A program made the translations under genes and the position numbers. This document shows positions 1-7,602 of a DNA stretch of 64,000 nt, one piece after another. Source of the stretch: a virus; the IMG/VR virus record IMGVR_UViG_3300045988_154566, positions 6,167-70,166 of that record; one strand, given 5' to 3'. Numbering within the stretch: position 1 is the first letter of the stretch; the number at the start of each line of letters is the position of its first letter. The notes under the pieces are model-generated. The model was given only the letters and a program-made list of their open reading frames with translations, was not told the origin of the DNA and made no database searches.

Positions 1-468
1 TAATGTTTTACACTCTGCGACGAAATACTTCGCATGATATTTTTCTACAATAGCCTTTACAACAGTGCTTTGCTTTTGTGTCTCACAATAGACATTGAAT
101 AATATATACTTCTCAATATCTATGTAGCTATATGGAATCCTTAAAGTGTCTAAAGTTTCCATTAACTCTTTAGCATAATGTGGCTTCACTGTCATTTCAA
201 CTTTCCATAACTTATCTTTTGTACTCTTTTCTTCAATCAGCTTTACAATGTAAACTCCGATAAGATTACACATAGCTATTATGAAAGCCTTTAAGAGAAG
301 CGGAAGGTCGCACATCATATATATTACTACAATAGTATATAGACCATAAGCTAATGCGTTGATTGCGGCGGCAGCCCCTTTTCCGCACTTGACAGTTATT
401 AAAGACTTAGCTGTCTGAATGATAACATTTACAATGTTAAGGATAATAAATAAAACTAATAAATTCAT
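1..468 (-). CDS. partial membrane protein running off the window start; hydrophobic N-terminus followed by a DUF2179/YitT-C-terminal-like domain
   Basis: Manual reverse translation from ATG at 466-468: MNLLVLFIILNIVNV...VKPHYAKELMETLDTLRIPYSYIDIEKY. No stop codon before position 1. Confidence 0.3.
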   Translation of the reverse strand, partial: MNLLVLFIILNIVNVIIQTAKSLITVKCGKGAAAAINALAYGLYTIVVIYMMCDLPLLLKAFIIAMCNLIGVYIVKLIEEKSTKDKLWKVEMTVKPHYAKELMETLDTLRIPYSYIDIEKYILFNVYCETQKQSTVVKAIVEKYHAKYFVAECKTL

Positions 469-485
469 AATTAATACCTCTTTTC

Positions 486-692
486 TTAATATTCTTTTAC
501 TTCTCTTACTAAATCAACTGGTTCAGGTGGCACATCTGCTTCTGTAAGGTCTAACCAACAATGTCGTTCAAGCCATCTCAAAAGAACTAACTGTTCTCCT
601 GTTATGTGTAAATATGTTGGCAGATTATCTTCATCATCATAATTGCCCTCAAGGTCTAATTTCTTAATACTTACATCATATTCATCTTTCAT
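486..692 (-). CDS. hypothetical small acidic protein (early region)
   Basis: ORF track lists 486-698 with a TTG start. ATG at 692 is preceded by a GAGGT ribosome-binding site. Confidence 0.45.
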   Translation of the reverse strand: MKDEYDVSIKKLDLEGNYDDEDNLPTYLHITGEQLVLLRWLERHCWLDLTEADVPPEPVDLVREVKEY

Positions 693-772
693 AATCAATA
701 CCTCATTTCTATTTTATGCTCTTGTTAAGGATACTTGTTTTCAATCTCATTTGTTATCTGTTCCCTTGAACA

Positions 773-806
773 ATTATAATTATAACAGATTATAAGCAAA
801 TGTCAA
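773..806 (-). promoter_or_regulatory. leftward sigma70-like promoter (TTGACA-16-TATAAT) for gene 486-692
   Basis: Reverse complement of tgtcaa at 801-806 and of attata at 779-784. Conserved leader GATAACAAATGAGATTG lies at 742-758 on the minus strand. Confidence 0.45.
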
Positions 807-850
807 GTGGTTTTGGGAAAATAAAAAAATTTTTTATTTTGATTTTTCTC

Positions 851-925
851 TTGACAAAAATGCCAAAATGTGATATAATATCAAAATACCGGCGGAGCCG
901 GACGCCCACAGGGCGGTCTTTTTTG
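851..925 (+). promoter_or_regulatory. rightward consensus promoter cassette: TTGACA-17-TATAAT, conserved start-site hairpin CCGGCGGAGCCGG, then hairpin plus T-tract
   Basis: TTGACA at 851-856, TATAAT at 874-879, hairpin at 889-901, CGCCCacagGGCG followed by TCTTTTTT at 903-925. The same cassette recurs at 2396 and 3783. Confidence 0.55.
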
Positions 926-933
926 AGCATAAA

Positions 934-965
934 AAGCTGATGACTATTAGTTTAGTCATCAGCTT
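934..965. terminator. bidirectional hairpin terminator (AAGCTGATGACTA-ttagtt-TAGTCATCAGCTT)
   Basis: Perfect 13-bp inverted repeat. A/T tracts on both sides. Lies just downstream of the minus-strand gene 970-1335. Confidence 0.5.
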
Positions 966-969
966 ACAG

Positions 970-1335
970 CTACTTTTTCTTTCTATGTTTTATCAGCGAT
1001 AGCGAGTATTCATTCTCGCCTATGTTAAAGGTTAATTCTTTCTGCGGATTAGCTGTTTGGACATTACTAATTTTGCCATTCAGTGCCATTCCCTCAAGTA
1101 AGGTTTTTAAACACTCGATAAAATCAACTTTTTCATCATCGAGTTTTACTTCTCGTGGCTTCCGCGGTTTCTTTTCAGCTTCCGCACCCTTAACATAATT
1201 CTTTATTCCCTTAGCTTTGATTTCCATTTCCGCCATTTCCATAGCTTCTTCTTTTGTGACTGGCTCTCCGTCTGCTTCACATTCCTTGAAAATCTTTAAA
1301 GCTAACTTCTCTAAGGCTTCTTTTTTACTATCCAT
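970..1335 (-). CDS. hypothetical K/E-rich small protein
   Basis: ATG start with AAAGAGG ribosome-binding site. Confidence 0.5.
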   Translation of the reverse strand: MDSKKEALEKLALKIFKECEADGEPVTKEEAMEMAEMEIKAKGIKNYVKGAEAEKKPRKPREVKLDDEKVDFIECLKTLLEGMALNGKISNVQTANPQKELTFNIGENEYSLSLIKHRKKK

Positions 1336-1391
1336 GCCCTATACCTCTTTCTTTTAAATTGGGCGGTGTATTTCAACCGCCCATCCGCAGA

Positions 1392-1769
1392 TTAGACAAG
1401 TGAGAAGATTGCCTTGCCCTTTTCCTCTTCTCTCTTTGCAGTGCCATTGGCAACCATAATCTTGAGAAGTGCAACTACTTTCTGATTAGAAAGCGCCTGA
1501 ACCGCTTCATCAGCAGGGAAGTCTTTCATAGCCTTGAGCATAATCTGAGTAGAAGTACCCTTGAAACCGTCAAGGACAACCTTGAGCTTCTCAACCAGTG
1601 CTTCATTAGCCTTAGCTTTCTTATCAGAACCAGCCCCAGCCTTAGCTTTCTTCTTCTCAAGGAGTTCCTTTTCGTGCATAAGATATGTCTTGTACATCTC
1701 ATTATCCTGAATAAATTCCTCATTTAACATAGCCTCGATAACCTGTAACTTTGTAATCTTCTTTTCCAT
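1392..1769 (-). CDS. hypothetical K/E-rich small protein
   Basis: ATG start with GAGGT ribosome-binding site. Hairpin GGGCGGT...ACCGCCC lies downstream at 1347-1370. Confidence 0.5.
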   Translation of the reverse strand: MEKKITKLQVIEAMLNEEFIQDNEMYKTYLMHEKELLEKKKAKAGAGSDKKAKANEALVEKLKVVLDGFKGTSTQIMLKAMKDFPADEAVQALSNQKVVALLKIMVANGTAKREEEKGKAIFSLV

Positions 1770-1881
1770 AATGCAATACCTCGCTTTATTATAATATTTG
1801 AAGCTGATTTTTATTTTTTAATGTGGTCGATTGATGGCTTCCTTTCCTTTCCACATTTATATGATAGCACATTTTATTGCG

Positions 1882-2172
1882 CTAGTCAAGCATAAATAAT
1901 GTCATTCCGGCTATTTCCTTTTCTACCACTTCTAAAGTATCTAAATGAATAGTGGCTCTGACTATCTTCCAACAGCCAGTTTCAAACTTGTTGTGTTCAT
2001 GGCGGCGTGGTAGTCTCTCTGCGGCATGGACTGCACTCTGACAATCTTCAAATACACCATCTATAACATAAGCAACTTGCGTTCCCATGCAATCTAAGTA
2101 TCTCATTACTTTTAAGACATACTTAGTCTCTGTTTTTCTTGGTACATGCTTAGTCTCTGTTCCCATAACCAT
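1882..2172 (-). CDS. hypothetical protein (Cys/His-containing)
   Basis: ATG start. Leftward promoter TTGACA-17-TATAAT lies about 2185-2215, with a poly(A) tract upstream on the minus strand. Confidence 0.45.
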   Translation of the reverse strand: MVMGTETKHVPRKTETKYVLKVMRYLDCMGTQVAYVIDGVFEDCQSAVHAAERLPRRHEHNKFETGCWKIVRATIHLDTLEVVEKEIAGMTLFMLD

Positions 2173-2226
2173 TACTTCCTTTCTATACCCTTATTATATC
2201 ACTTAGGTATCTATTTGTCAAGCATT

Positions 2227-2261
<35 letters not shown>

Positions 2262-2330
2262 TTCGGGTTGTTTAGCAATCTCATTTGTTATCTCCCTTAC
2301 AAGTATCATTATAGCAGACTGCCCCAAAAT

Positions 2331-2446
2331 TGCAATAGTCAAAACTGCACAAGATTTCGGGAAAATTTTTGTGCAACTTTATATCATTTTTCTCTTGACA
2401 AAAAGCGCTAAGTATGCTACAATAGTGAAATACCGGCTTTGCCGGA
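2331..2446 (+). promoter_or_regulatory. divergent promoter cassette 2: operator palindrome TGCACAA-N15-TTGTGCA, rightward TTGACA-17-TACAAT, start-site hairpin CCGGCtttGCCGG
   Basis: Palindrome at 2346-2375. TTGACA at 2396-2401, TACAAT at 2419-2424, hairpin at 2434-2446. Leftward TTGCAA-16-TATAAT with conserved leader at 2276-2292. Confidence 0.5.
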
Positions 2447-2473
2447 CGCGCGCTGCGCGGTCTTTCTGTGACA

Positions 2474-2498
2474 AAAAAAGTAGGCGTTTCCGCCTACT
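2474..2498 (-). terminator. hairpin GTAGGCGtttcCGCCTAC with T-tract on the minus strand; terminator for gene 2494-2679
   Basis: Inverted repeat flanked by A7 on the plus strand, which is T7 on the minus strand. Confidence 0.45.
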
Positions 2499-2679
2499 CT
2501 TCATCTGTATATTCAATATTGAATATTGTTCTGCTTGTATTATCTAGTGCAAGTACATCATCAAAAATTTCATTAAAGCTATATGAATCTAACTCTGCGT
2601 CACTAGAAATTATGTTACAAAATTTTTTAATTACATCATGCTCCGCCTTTGACATTTTAACAGTTCTTACAATATTCAT
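2494..2679 (-). CDS. hypothetical small protein
   Basis: ORF track. Compact tandem arrangement with neighbouring minus-strand genes. Confidence 0.35.
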   Translation of the reverse strand: MNIVRTVKMSKAEHDVIKKFCNIISSDAELDSYSFNEIFDDVLALDNTSRTIFNIEYTDEE

Positions 2680-2683
2680 AATA

Positions 2684-2920
2684 TTATTCCTCCATTTTTC
2701 TTATTTTACATTTAGTATATCCATATTTTTTTAAAACTGTACCTTTCCAGTAGCGTTTCGCGCATATCTTTTCAATTCCTCTCTGTATGATTGGCGCTCT
2801 TTTTTCTTTATCCTTAGATAAATCCATACTAGCGTCCTCTTGTTCATAAGAGACTATACTGGCGACTGGTCTATATTGACCAGTCGTACAAAATAATGTA
2901 ACTTGATAATTTACTAACAT
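2684..2920 (-). CDS. hypothetical small basic protein
   Basis: ORF track. Abuts neighbouring genes. Confidence 0.35.
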   Translation of the reverse strand: MLVNYQVTLFCTTGQYRPVASIVSYEQEDASMDLSKDKEKRAPIIQRGIEKICAKRYWKGTVLKKYGYTKCKIRKMEE

Positions 2921-2922
2921 GA

Positions 2923-3117
2923 TTATTCCTCCTCATACTTATACTTTGTTATAACTTTTTCGTCCTCTTCAGTAACTAGCATACAGTTGCTACCTATTAA
3001 CTCTGCTAACTCACAAGCCTTATGATATACTTCATATGCGGCTTCCATACCAGTTACTCTTGCTATTATTGTTATTCCTAAAATAACCCAATATGTCATA
3101 ATATCAACTCCTTTCAT
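2923..3117 (-). CDS. hypothetical small protein with C-terminal hydrophobic segment
   Basis: ORF track. Confidence 0.35.
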   Translation of the reverse strand: MKGVDIMTYWVILGITIIARVTGMEAAYEVYHKACELAELIGSNCMLVTEEDEKVITKYKYEEE

Positions 3118-3129
3118 TTTAAAATAATA

Positions 3130-3477
3130 TTACAAATATTTATTACATGCCCTTTCAATATCTTGTCTTATTTTTTCTCTATACTTCTTAGGAATAGCTT
3201 TAAAGAACTTTTCCTTATCCTCCGTGGATAATTGCGTATAAAAATATTTAGTCTCATTAGCTGAAATATGGAAAGGATTTACTCCTCTTTTCAGCATAAA
3301 AAGATATGTTCTACTAAAAACAATAGTCTCACTAAATCTTGAGAAAACTGCTTTTCCAAAAGTGAGGATAATTAACTGACCATCTCTCAATTCATAAGTA
3401 TTAACTTTCAATTGAATAAAATCCATAACAATAGCTCCAACAACAAATGCAATAATAATCTTAATCATAAATATCAA
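3130..3477 (-). CDS. hypothetical membrane protein (N-terminal transmembrane segment)
   Basis: ORF track. Hydrophobic N-terminus IIIAFVVGAIVM. Confidence 0.4.
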   Translation of the reverse strand: MIFMIKIIIAFVVGAIVMDFIQLKVNTYELRDGQLIILTFGKAVFSRFSETIVFSRTYLFMLKRGVNPFHISANETKYFYTQLSTEDKEKFFKAIPKKYREKIRQDIERACNKYL

Positions 3478-3489
3478 CTCCTTTCAACT

Positions 3490-3652
3490 AATAATAATCA
3501 TAATAAGATGAACAACTACAATAGCTAGGCTGGCTATTCTTCCATACATAAGTTAAACTATCATCTTCTTCACACTGACTGATTGCCTCTGCCTCTGTCT
3601 CAACTTCCCAACCACAATCTGAACTATCTTCTCTGTTATACACTATCCACAT
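3490..3652 (-). CDS. hypothetical 54-aa acidic Cys-containing protein (below the ORF-track length cutoff)
   Basis: Manual translation: MWIVYNREDSSDCGWEVETEAEAISQCEEDDSLTYVWKNSQPSYCSCSSYYDYY. AAAGGAG ribosome-binding site 7 nt upstream. Confidence 0.4.
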
Positions 3653-3733
3653 AATATCAATCTCCTTTCAAGTGGGTACTTCTTACTTCTCTATTATAAT
3701 ACCATGTCAAGGGTAGAATTGCAAGTGACAAAA

Positions 3734-3833
3734 TGCACAATATTTTGGGATAATGTTTGTGCAATATGTCAACTTTTTTCCCTTGACAAAAATCCTAAAA
3801 GGTGGTATAATAGGCAAATTCCGGCGGGGCCGG
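3734..3833 (+). promoter_or_regulatory. promoter cassette 3: operator palindrome, TTGACA-17-TATAAT, start-site hairpin CCGGCgggGCCGG
   Basis: Palindrome at 3734-3763. TTGACA at 3783-3788, TATAAT at 3806-3811, hairpin at 3821-3833. Confidence 0.5.
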
Positions 3834-3850
3834 ACGTGCTCCGCCCGCCC

Positions 3851-4110
3851 AGTTAGTCTAGTCTAACTTAGGTTAGTTTGAAGTAACAAGTGTTTTATAA
3901 GCCTAACAATAGTTAGCTTAATCTAATTATAGTTAGTTTGAATTAACAAGGATTAGCTTAATCTAACTAGGGTTATAAAATCCTAACTAGAGTTAGTTTG
4001 AATTAACAACTGTTAAAAATTGCTAACTTTACTTTTATAAAACGAACTTTGATTCGTCTTCTCTAACTTTAATTTTATACAGCTAACTACAGATAATTAC
4101 AACTAATTAA
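3851..4110. repeat. iteron array 1: about 9 copies of the 14-bp palindrome CTAAC-N4-GTTAG interleaved with 3 copies of GTTTGAA(T/G)TAACAAG
   Basis: Examples: ctaacttaggttag, ctaacaatagttag, ctaattatagttag, ctaactagagttag. Degenerate copies continue to about 4110. Confidence 0.8.
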
Positions 4111-4140
4111 AATTAGAGAACGCAAATCAAATTGGGGAGG

Positions 4141-4166
4141 GTTGCCGCTACTTGGCAACCCAAACC
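4141..4166. other. 8-bp-stem hairpin GGGTTGCC-N7-GGCAACCC overlapping the 3' end of gene 4148-4429
   Basis: Inverted repeat seen in sequence. Confidence 0.5.
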
Positions 4167-4429
4167 TTTAATAATATGTCGTCATATTTAGTCGACTGGT
4201 CATCAACATCAAATAACATCTTGACATTAGTTCCCTCTGCGATATCACAACCATCATACTCCCAGATATCGCCCGCCCTATCAGCAATCCGCACAAATCC
4301 GTTGTCATTGCTGATTACTCTTCCTTCTCTTGTACAGTGACCCTCAAGATATATTGCGCCTAAGAAAAGCGTTCCTAAAACTAAACCCAGGGCTACTCTC
4401 TTAACTATTCTCTTACTATTGTTTTTCAT
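4148..4429 (-). CDS. hypothetical secreted or membrane-anchored small protein
   Basis: ATG at 4429 with GAGGT ribosome-binding site. The ORF track extends to a GTG at 4444. N-terminal hydrophobic signal-like segment. Confidence 0.45.
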   Translation of the reverse strand: MKNNSKRIVKRVALGLVLGTLFLGAIYLEGHCTREGRVISNDNGFVRIADRAGDIWEYDGCDIAEGTNVKMLFDVDDQSTKYDDILLKVWVAK

Positions 4430-4493
4430 AATTTTAAACCTCACTTTTCATTTTTATTTTTATATGCGGGCTTGGCTTCCCAAGCCCTAATCA

Positions 4494-4802
4494 TTAACAG
4501 TATATTAAGGACATGTCTGCCCACTTCAATATTGATATCTGTGCGCACTGTCTACCCAGTGCTAATGCGTCTCTTTTTGTAGACACTCTGTGGCTCTTGT
4601 CTACAAAGTAAACTCCATTTTCTAACCATAAGCCGCAATTTCCACCGTATGCCCTAACGGCTTTAATTGCCTCTTCGGGAGTTGTAACCATTACTCCCTC
4701 TGTAGCTACTTGATAACCACTCTTGTATGTGATTATCTTACCATTCTTGAGGGTAAGTCCTCCACACTCTGTTATCTTTCTTATTGTCCTAATGTTTATC
4801 AT
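4494..4802 (-). CDS. hypothetical protein
   Basis: ATG start with GAGGT ribosome-binding site. Confidence 0.45.
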   Translation of the reverse strand: MINIRTIRKITECGGLTLKNGKIITYKSGYQVATEGVMVTTPEEAIKAVRAYGGNCGLWLENGVYFVDKSHRVSTKRDALALGRQCAQISILKWADMSLIYC

Positions 4803-4840
4803 ATTATTACCTCGCTTTCTTTTTCTTGGGAGGTCCCGGC

Positions 4841-5113
4841 TTAATAGCCGAGACTTATTAATTTGCTAATGTAAGAGTTTAAAACTGCAATTAACTGTTT
4901 TTCAGTCATTCCATTTTTAAACTGCGGTGCGCTTGCTGTGACTGGTGGAAGCTCATGCCCCTCAACAACTACTGAAAAGCTACATTCAGGGTCTTTATTG
5001 ATAATATTGAAAACTGCCTTAATATGTAAGTTTTCCTTATAAAGTCCACTGTAGCCCTCTTTAGCTACAAGTACTAAATTTAATCCTTTACTTCCAAAAT
5101 TTAACTTTTTCAT
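4841..5113 (-). CDS. hypothetical protein
   Basis: ATG at 5113 with GAGG ribosome-binding site. The ORF track extends to a GTG at 5176. Confidence 0.4.
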   Translation of the reverse strand: MKKLNFGSKGLNLVLVAKEGYSGLYKENLHIKAVFNIINKDPECSFSVVVEGHELPPVTASAPQFKNGMTEKQLIAVLNSYISKLISLGY

Positions 5114-5437
5114 AATAACCTCTTTTCTGTCTCTCTCTTGAAAGACTATCAATTTTATTTTACGGTTTTCGTTCACCGCACCATTATAATATCATACCCA
5201 GTTTTTAATGTCAACACTTTTTTCAAAAATTTTTAAAATTTTTTTCATGCCCTATTTTCAAGGCTTTTCACGCACCCAAACACATGCAGCAGACAGTTAT
5301 TTGACTACATTTTTAGTCATCAATAGTGACGATGTGTCTACTTTTGTAGTCAGATAGTCACTCATTATGGGATATGATTAGTCTTGTAGTCGCACCCAAT
5401 GTCGATTTGAAAAGTTTAATTAAGTAGTCAAATAGGC

Positions 5438-5470
5438 AAAATGCGGTGCGCTTTATGGGAGGAAGCGCGC
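5438..5470 (+). promoter_or_regulatory. conserved module AAAATGCGGTGCGCTTTATGGGAGGAAGCGC, copy 1: hairpin GCGCTT/AAGCGC with GGGAGG in the loop and a tiny ORF MGGSAP
   Basis: Near-identical copy at 6895-6926. Both are preceded by AT-rich TGACTA-containing sequence with TTGAAA-18-(-10-like) spacing. Confidence 0.45.
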
Positions 5471-5487
5471 CGTTCAAAATAACTAAC

Positions 5488-5610
5488 CAAAGTTAGTCAA
5501 GCTTAACAATAGTTAGACTAAACTAATTAGATTTCGGGAAGACTAACTTGAGTTAGTTTGAATTAACAAGCATTAAGCTTGACTAACTTAAGTTAGTTTC
5601 CTTAAACTGG
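5488..5610. repeat. iteron array 2: about 5 copies of CTAAC-N4-GTTAG plus one GTTTGAATTAACAAG
   Basis: Copies: ctaaccaaagttag, ttaacaatagttag, ctaacttgagttag, ctaacttaagttag. Followed by hairpin GTGCGGA...TCCGCAC at 5617-5639. Confidence 0.8.
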
Positions 5611-5794
5611 GTGAGTGCGGATTAGCAGTTTCCGCACTTATCTAATAAACTAGACATAAAGCCAATAATGAACTCCATAAGACTAAGAAGTTCGTCATCA
5701 GATATGACTATGTGTGTAAGTACAAAGTCAATCTGACTATTGGCTTCTGTGACAGTGGAGCATTGCTCCACCATCACTATTGCTTCTATAAAGG

Positions 5795-6271
5795 TCATGC
5801 TATCACCTCCCCTGTTTTCTCATTCACCAAGTCACATCTAAGACCTAGTATCTTGCAGGCTTTAGCAGTATTGTAGAACACTGCCTGTGCCTTGCCATAA
5901 CTCTCAATCTTTGTAAAGATTGGAGTATTGCCATTATAAATTCCATAAGATTCAGCTTCTTTTGTCTGAATCTCATAGTCGCCCACACAATGAGCGACAT
6001 GGTCGAGAATGAAGTTTAACACTTCACCCTCAAACTCCAACTCTGGAGCTGAATTGAGGCAATCAACCTCATATTCCCAAGGGAACCATTCTCCCTCAGT
6101 GAATATTGCCCCTCTTAAAAGGAGTTGACAGAGGTGCGGAGCTGCTGAATACTCCTTGACCTCCTCAAGACGGATAACAGCCTCTCCGTCTGTGCAGAGG
6201 TAAGTTCCTTCCTCTGCTTTACCATAGCCTGCCAGTGGCATGTCCACTGGCATTTTAAAGCCTCTAATCAT
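5795..6271 (-). CDS. hypothetical acidic protein
   Basis: ATG start with GGAGAGGAAGG ribosome-binding site. Confidence 0.5.
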   Translation of the reverse strand: MIRGFKMPVDMPLAGYGKAEEGTYLCTDGEAVIRLEEVKEYSAAPHLCQLLLRGAIFTEGEWFPWEYEVDCLNSAPELEFEGEVLNFILDHVAHCVGDYEIQTKEAESYGIYNGNTPIFTKIESYGKAQAVFYNTAKACKILGLRCDLVNEKTGEVIA

Positions 6272-6319
6272 ATTTTATTCCTTCCTCTCCGTCAAGCCGA
6301 TGAGCCAGCTAAATCTATA

Positions 6320-6583
6320 TTAGACTGCTGGAATACTTCCACAGCCCCAAGGACCACTATAGTCCCTGTCAAAAATGTGAGCCTGTGTCCTATTAAGGAA
6401 CACACCTACACAATTGTAATCAACAGTTGTGTAGTCATCTTCGATATAATCGAAGATTTCTCCACGCAATTTGTTTAAAGTTGCGCGAAGCTCACCCTTA
6501 CCATAAGGGGCTTTGAACTCCACAATGGAAGTTCTTTCTATGAGAAGGTTCTCCTTCTCCATTATTATGATTACCTGATTCAT
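6320..6583 (-). CDS. hypothetical protein
   Basis: ORF track. Tandem with 5795-6271. Confidence 0.4.
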   Translation of the reverse strand: MNQVIIIMEKENLLIERTSIVEFKAPYGKGELRATLNKLRGEIFDYIEDDYTTVDYNCVGVFLNRTQAHIFDRDYSGPWGCGSIPAV

Positions 6584-6695
6584 ATCTTACCTCTTTCTGC
6601 CCTTGTCTTTCAAGGACTGTTTATTTTATTTTGTCGCCATTGCCTTACGACACCATTATAATACACCCACCGCACACTCATTACAATATGCAAAA

Positions 6696-6725
6696 TGCAC
6701 AAAGTTTGACAGATATTTTTGTGCA
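6696..6725. promoter_or_regulatory. operator palindrome TGCACAA-N15-TTGTGCA, third copy, overlapping a TTGACA -35 element
   Basis: Same inverted repeat as at 2346-2375 and 3734-3763. Confidence 0.5.
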
Positions 6726-6867
6726 ATTTGTACAAAAGAAAATACACCAGTTGGAAGCACCGAACATTTGTTCACCGTTTTGTTCAGCTCCGAGAATAGT
6801 TTAGTTTTTTAGACGCATGAGTTGTGGGAAAATTTATTTGACTATTTGATTAGACTTTTAGAATTTG

Positions 6868-6926
6868 AAATGTTTAAATGACTAGAAATATAGTAAAATG
6901 CGGTGCGCTTTATGGGAGGAAGCGCT
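6868..6926 (+). promoter_or_regulatory. rightward promoter-like TTGAAA-18-TATAGT followed by conserved module copy 2 (GCGGTGCGCTTTATGGGAGGAAGCGC)
   Basis: TTGAAA at 6868-6873, TATAGT at 6892-6897. Module at 6895-6926 is identical to 5438-5470 over about 30 nt. Confidence 0.4.
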
Positions 6927-7171
6927 CCGACGATTTGAAAATGTACGGGACTATACTCTTGATGTGTACTGATTATTTTTTGATAAAACTACAGACCATA
7001 CGCAAGAGGTAGCCAGCAGTTTAAAATAAAAAAAATTTTTCTCTTTTACCCGGGGATATATTATGGGAAAATGAAAAATTAATTCGATGAAATCATATTT
7101 AGCTGGTACATTCACACACCCCAAATTTTTTGAAATTTAAAATACGAAACACCCCAAATTAAAATACGAGA

Positions 7172-7477
7172 TTAATTCCGAACAACTCTCCCATGTTTCC
7201 CCGTTTGTTTATATGCCATAAATAAGTTATTTAATTTAATATTATCTCCATCTCCTAAATTAATTAATAGGAAATCACAATTTTTTATAATATCTGCGGT
7301 TTCCGCATTTTTTATGTAGCGAGTCGGCGCACCAACCGATTCAGCCCACTTAGCGGCAATACTATCTTTATTTGTTACCAACATATAAAATAAATAGCAT
7401 TGACTTTCCGCAATTAACTTCTGCATTTCCGCATCAATATCTTCAATTTTATTAAAACCAATTGCCGCGACTATCAT
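7172..7477 (-). CDS. hypothetical protein (possible Rossmann-like fold)
   Basis: ORF track. MIVAAIGFNK N-terminus and LINLGDGDN motif. Confidence 0.35.
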   Translation of the reverse strand: MIVAAIGFNKIEDIDAEMQKLIAESQCYLFYMLVTNKDSIAAKWAESVGAPTRYIKNAETADIIKNCDFLLINLGDGDNIKLNNLFMAYKQTGKHGRVVRN

Positions 7478-7543
7478 TCTATCACTCCTTTATAATAATT
7501 ATATCAAAAAATTTTTTTCTTTTCAAATTATCTACTTTTGTCC

Positions 7544-7572
7544 TTGACTTATGAAAATTTTTTTGGTATAAT
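7544..7572 (+). promoter_or_regulatory. rightward sigma70-like promoter TTGACT-17-TATAAT at the head of the structural operon
   Basis: TTGACT at 7544-7549, TATAAT at 7567-7572. AGGAGAG ribosome-binding site before the 7603 ATG. Confidence 0.5.
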
Positions 7573-7602
7573 TATTATAAGAATAAGAATAAGGAGAGAC
7601 TA

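Noticed and set aside
4152-4340. Plus-strand ORF 4152-4340 and other short overlapping ORFs (1526-1723, 6603-6812, 7749-8033, 9056-9283, 11732-11920, 15778-15966, 17663-18001, 20405-20650, 22758-22985, 23080-23274, 24382-24591, 26779-26967, 28332-28580, 29867-30076, 32459-32659, 38372-38578, 40559-40753, 44200-44412, 46526-46780, 48238-48588, 55102-55390, 57259-57609, 60577-60759)
   Set aside because: All lie inside or antisense to longer, better-supported genes. They have no ribosome-binding sites and are typical AT-rich shadow ORFs.
3851-5610. Possible CRISPR array
   Set aside because: The repeats are palindromic 14-mers with variable 4-nt centres and irregular spacing. There are no unique spacers of uniform length. 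They are more consistent with protein-binding iterons.
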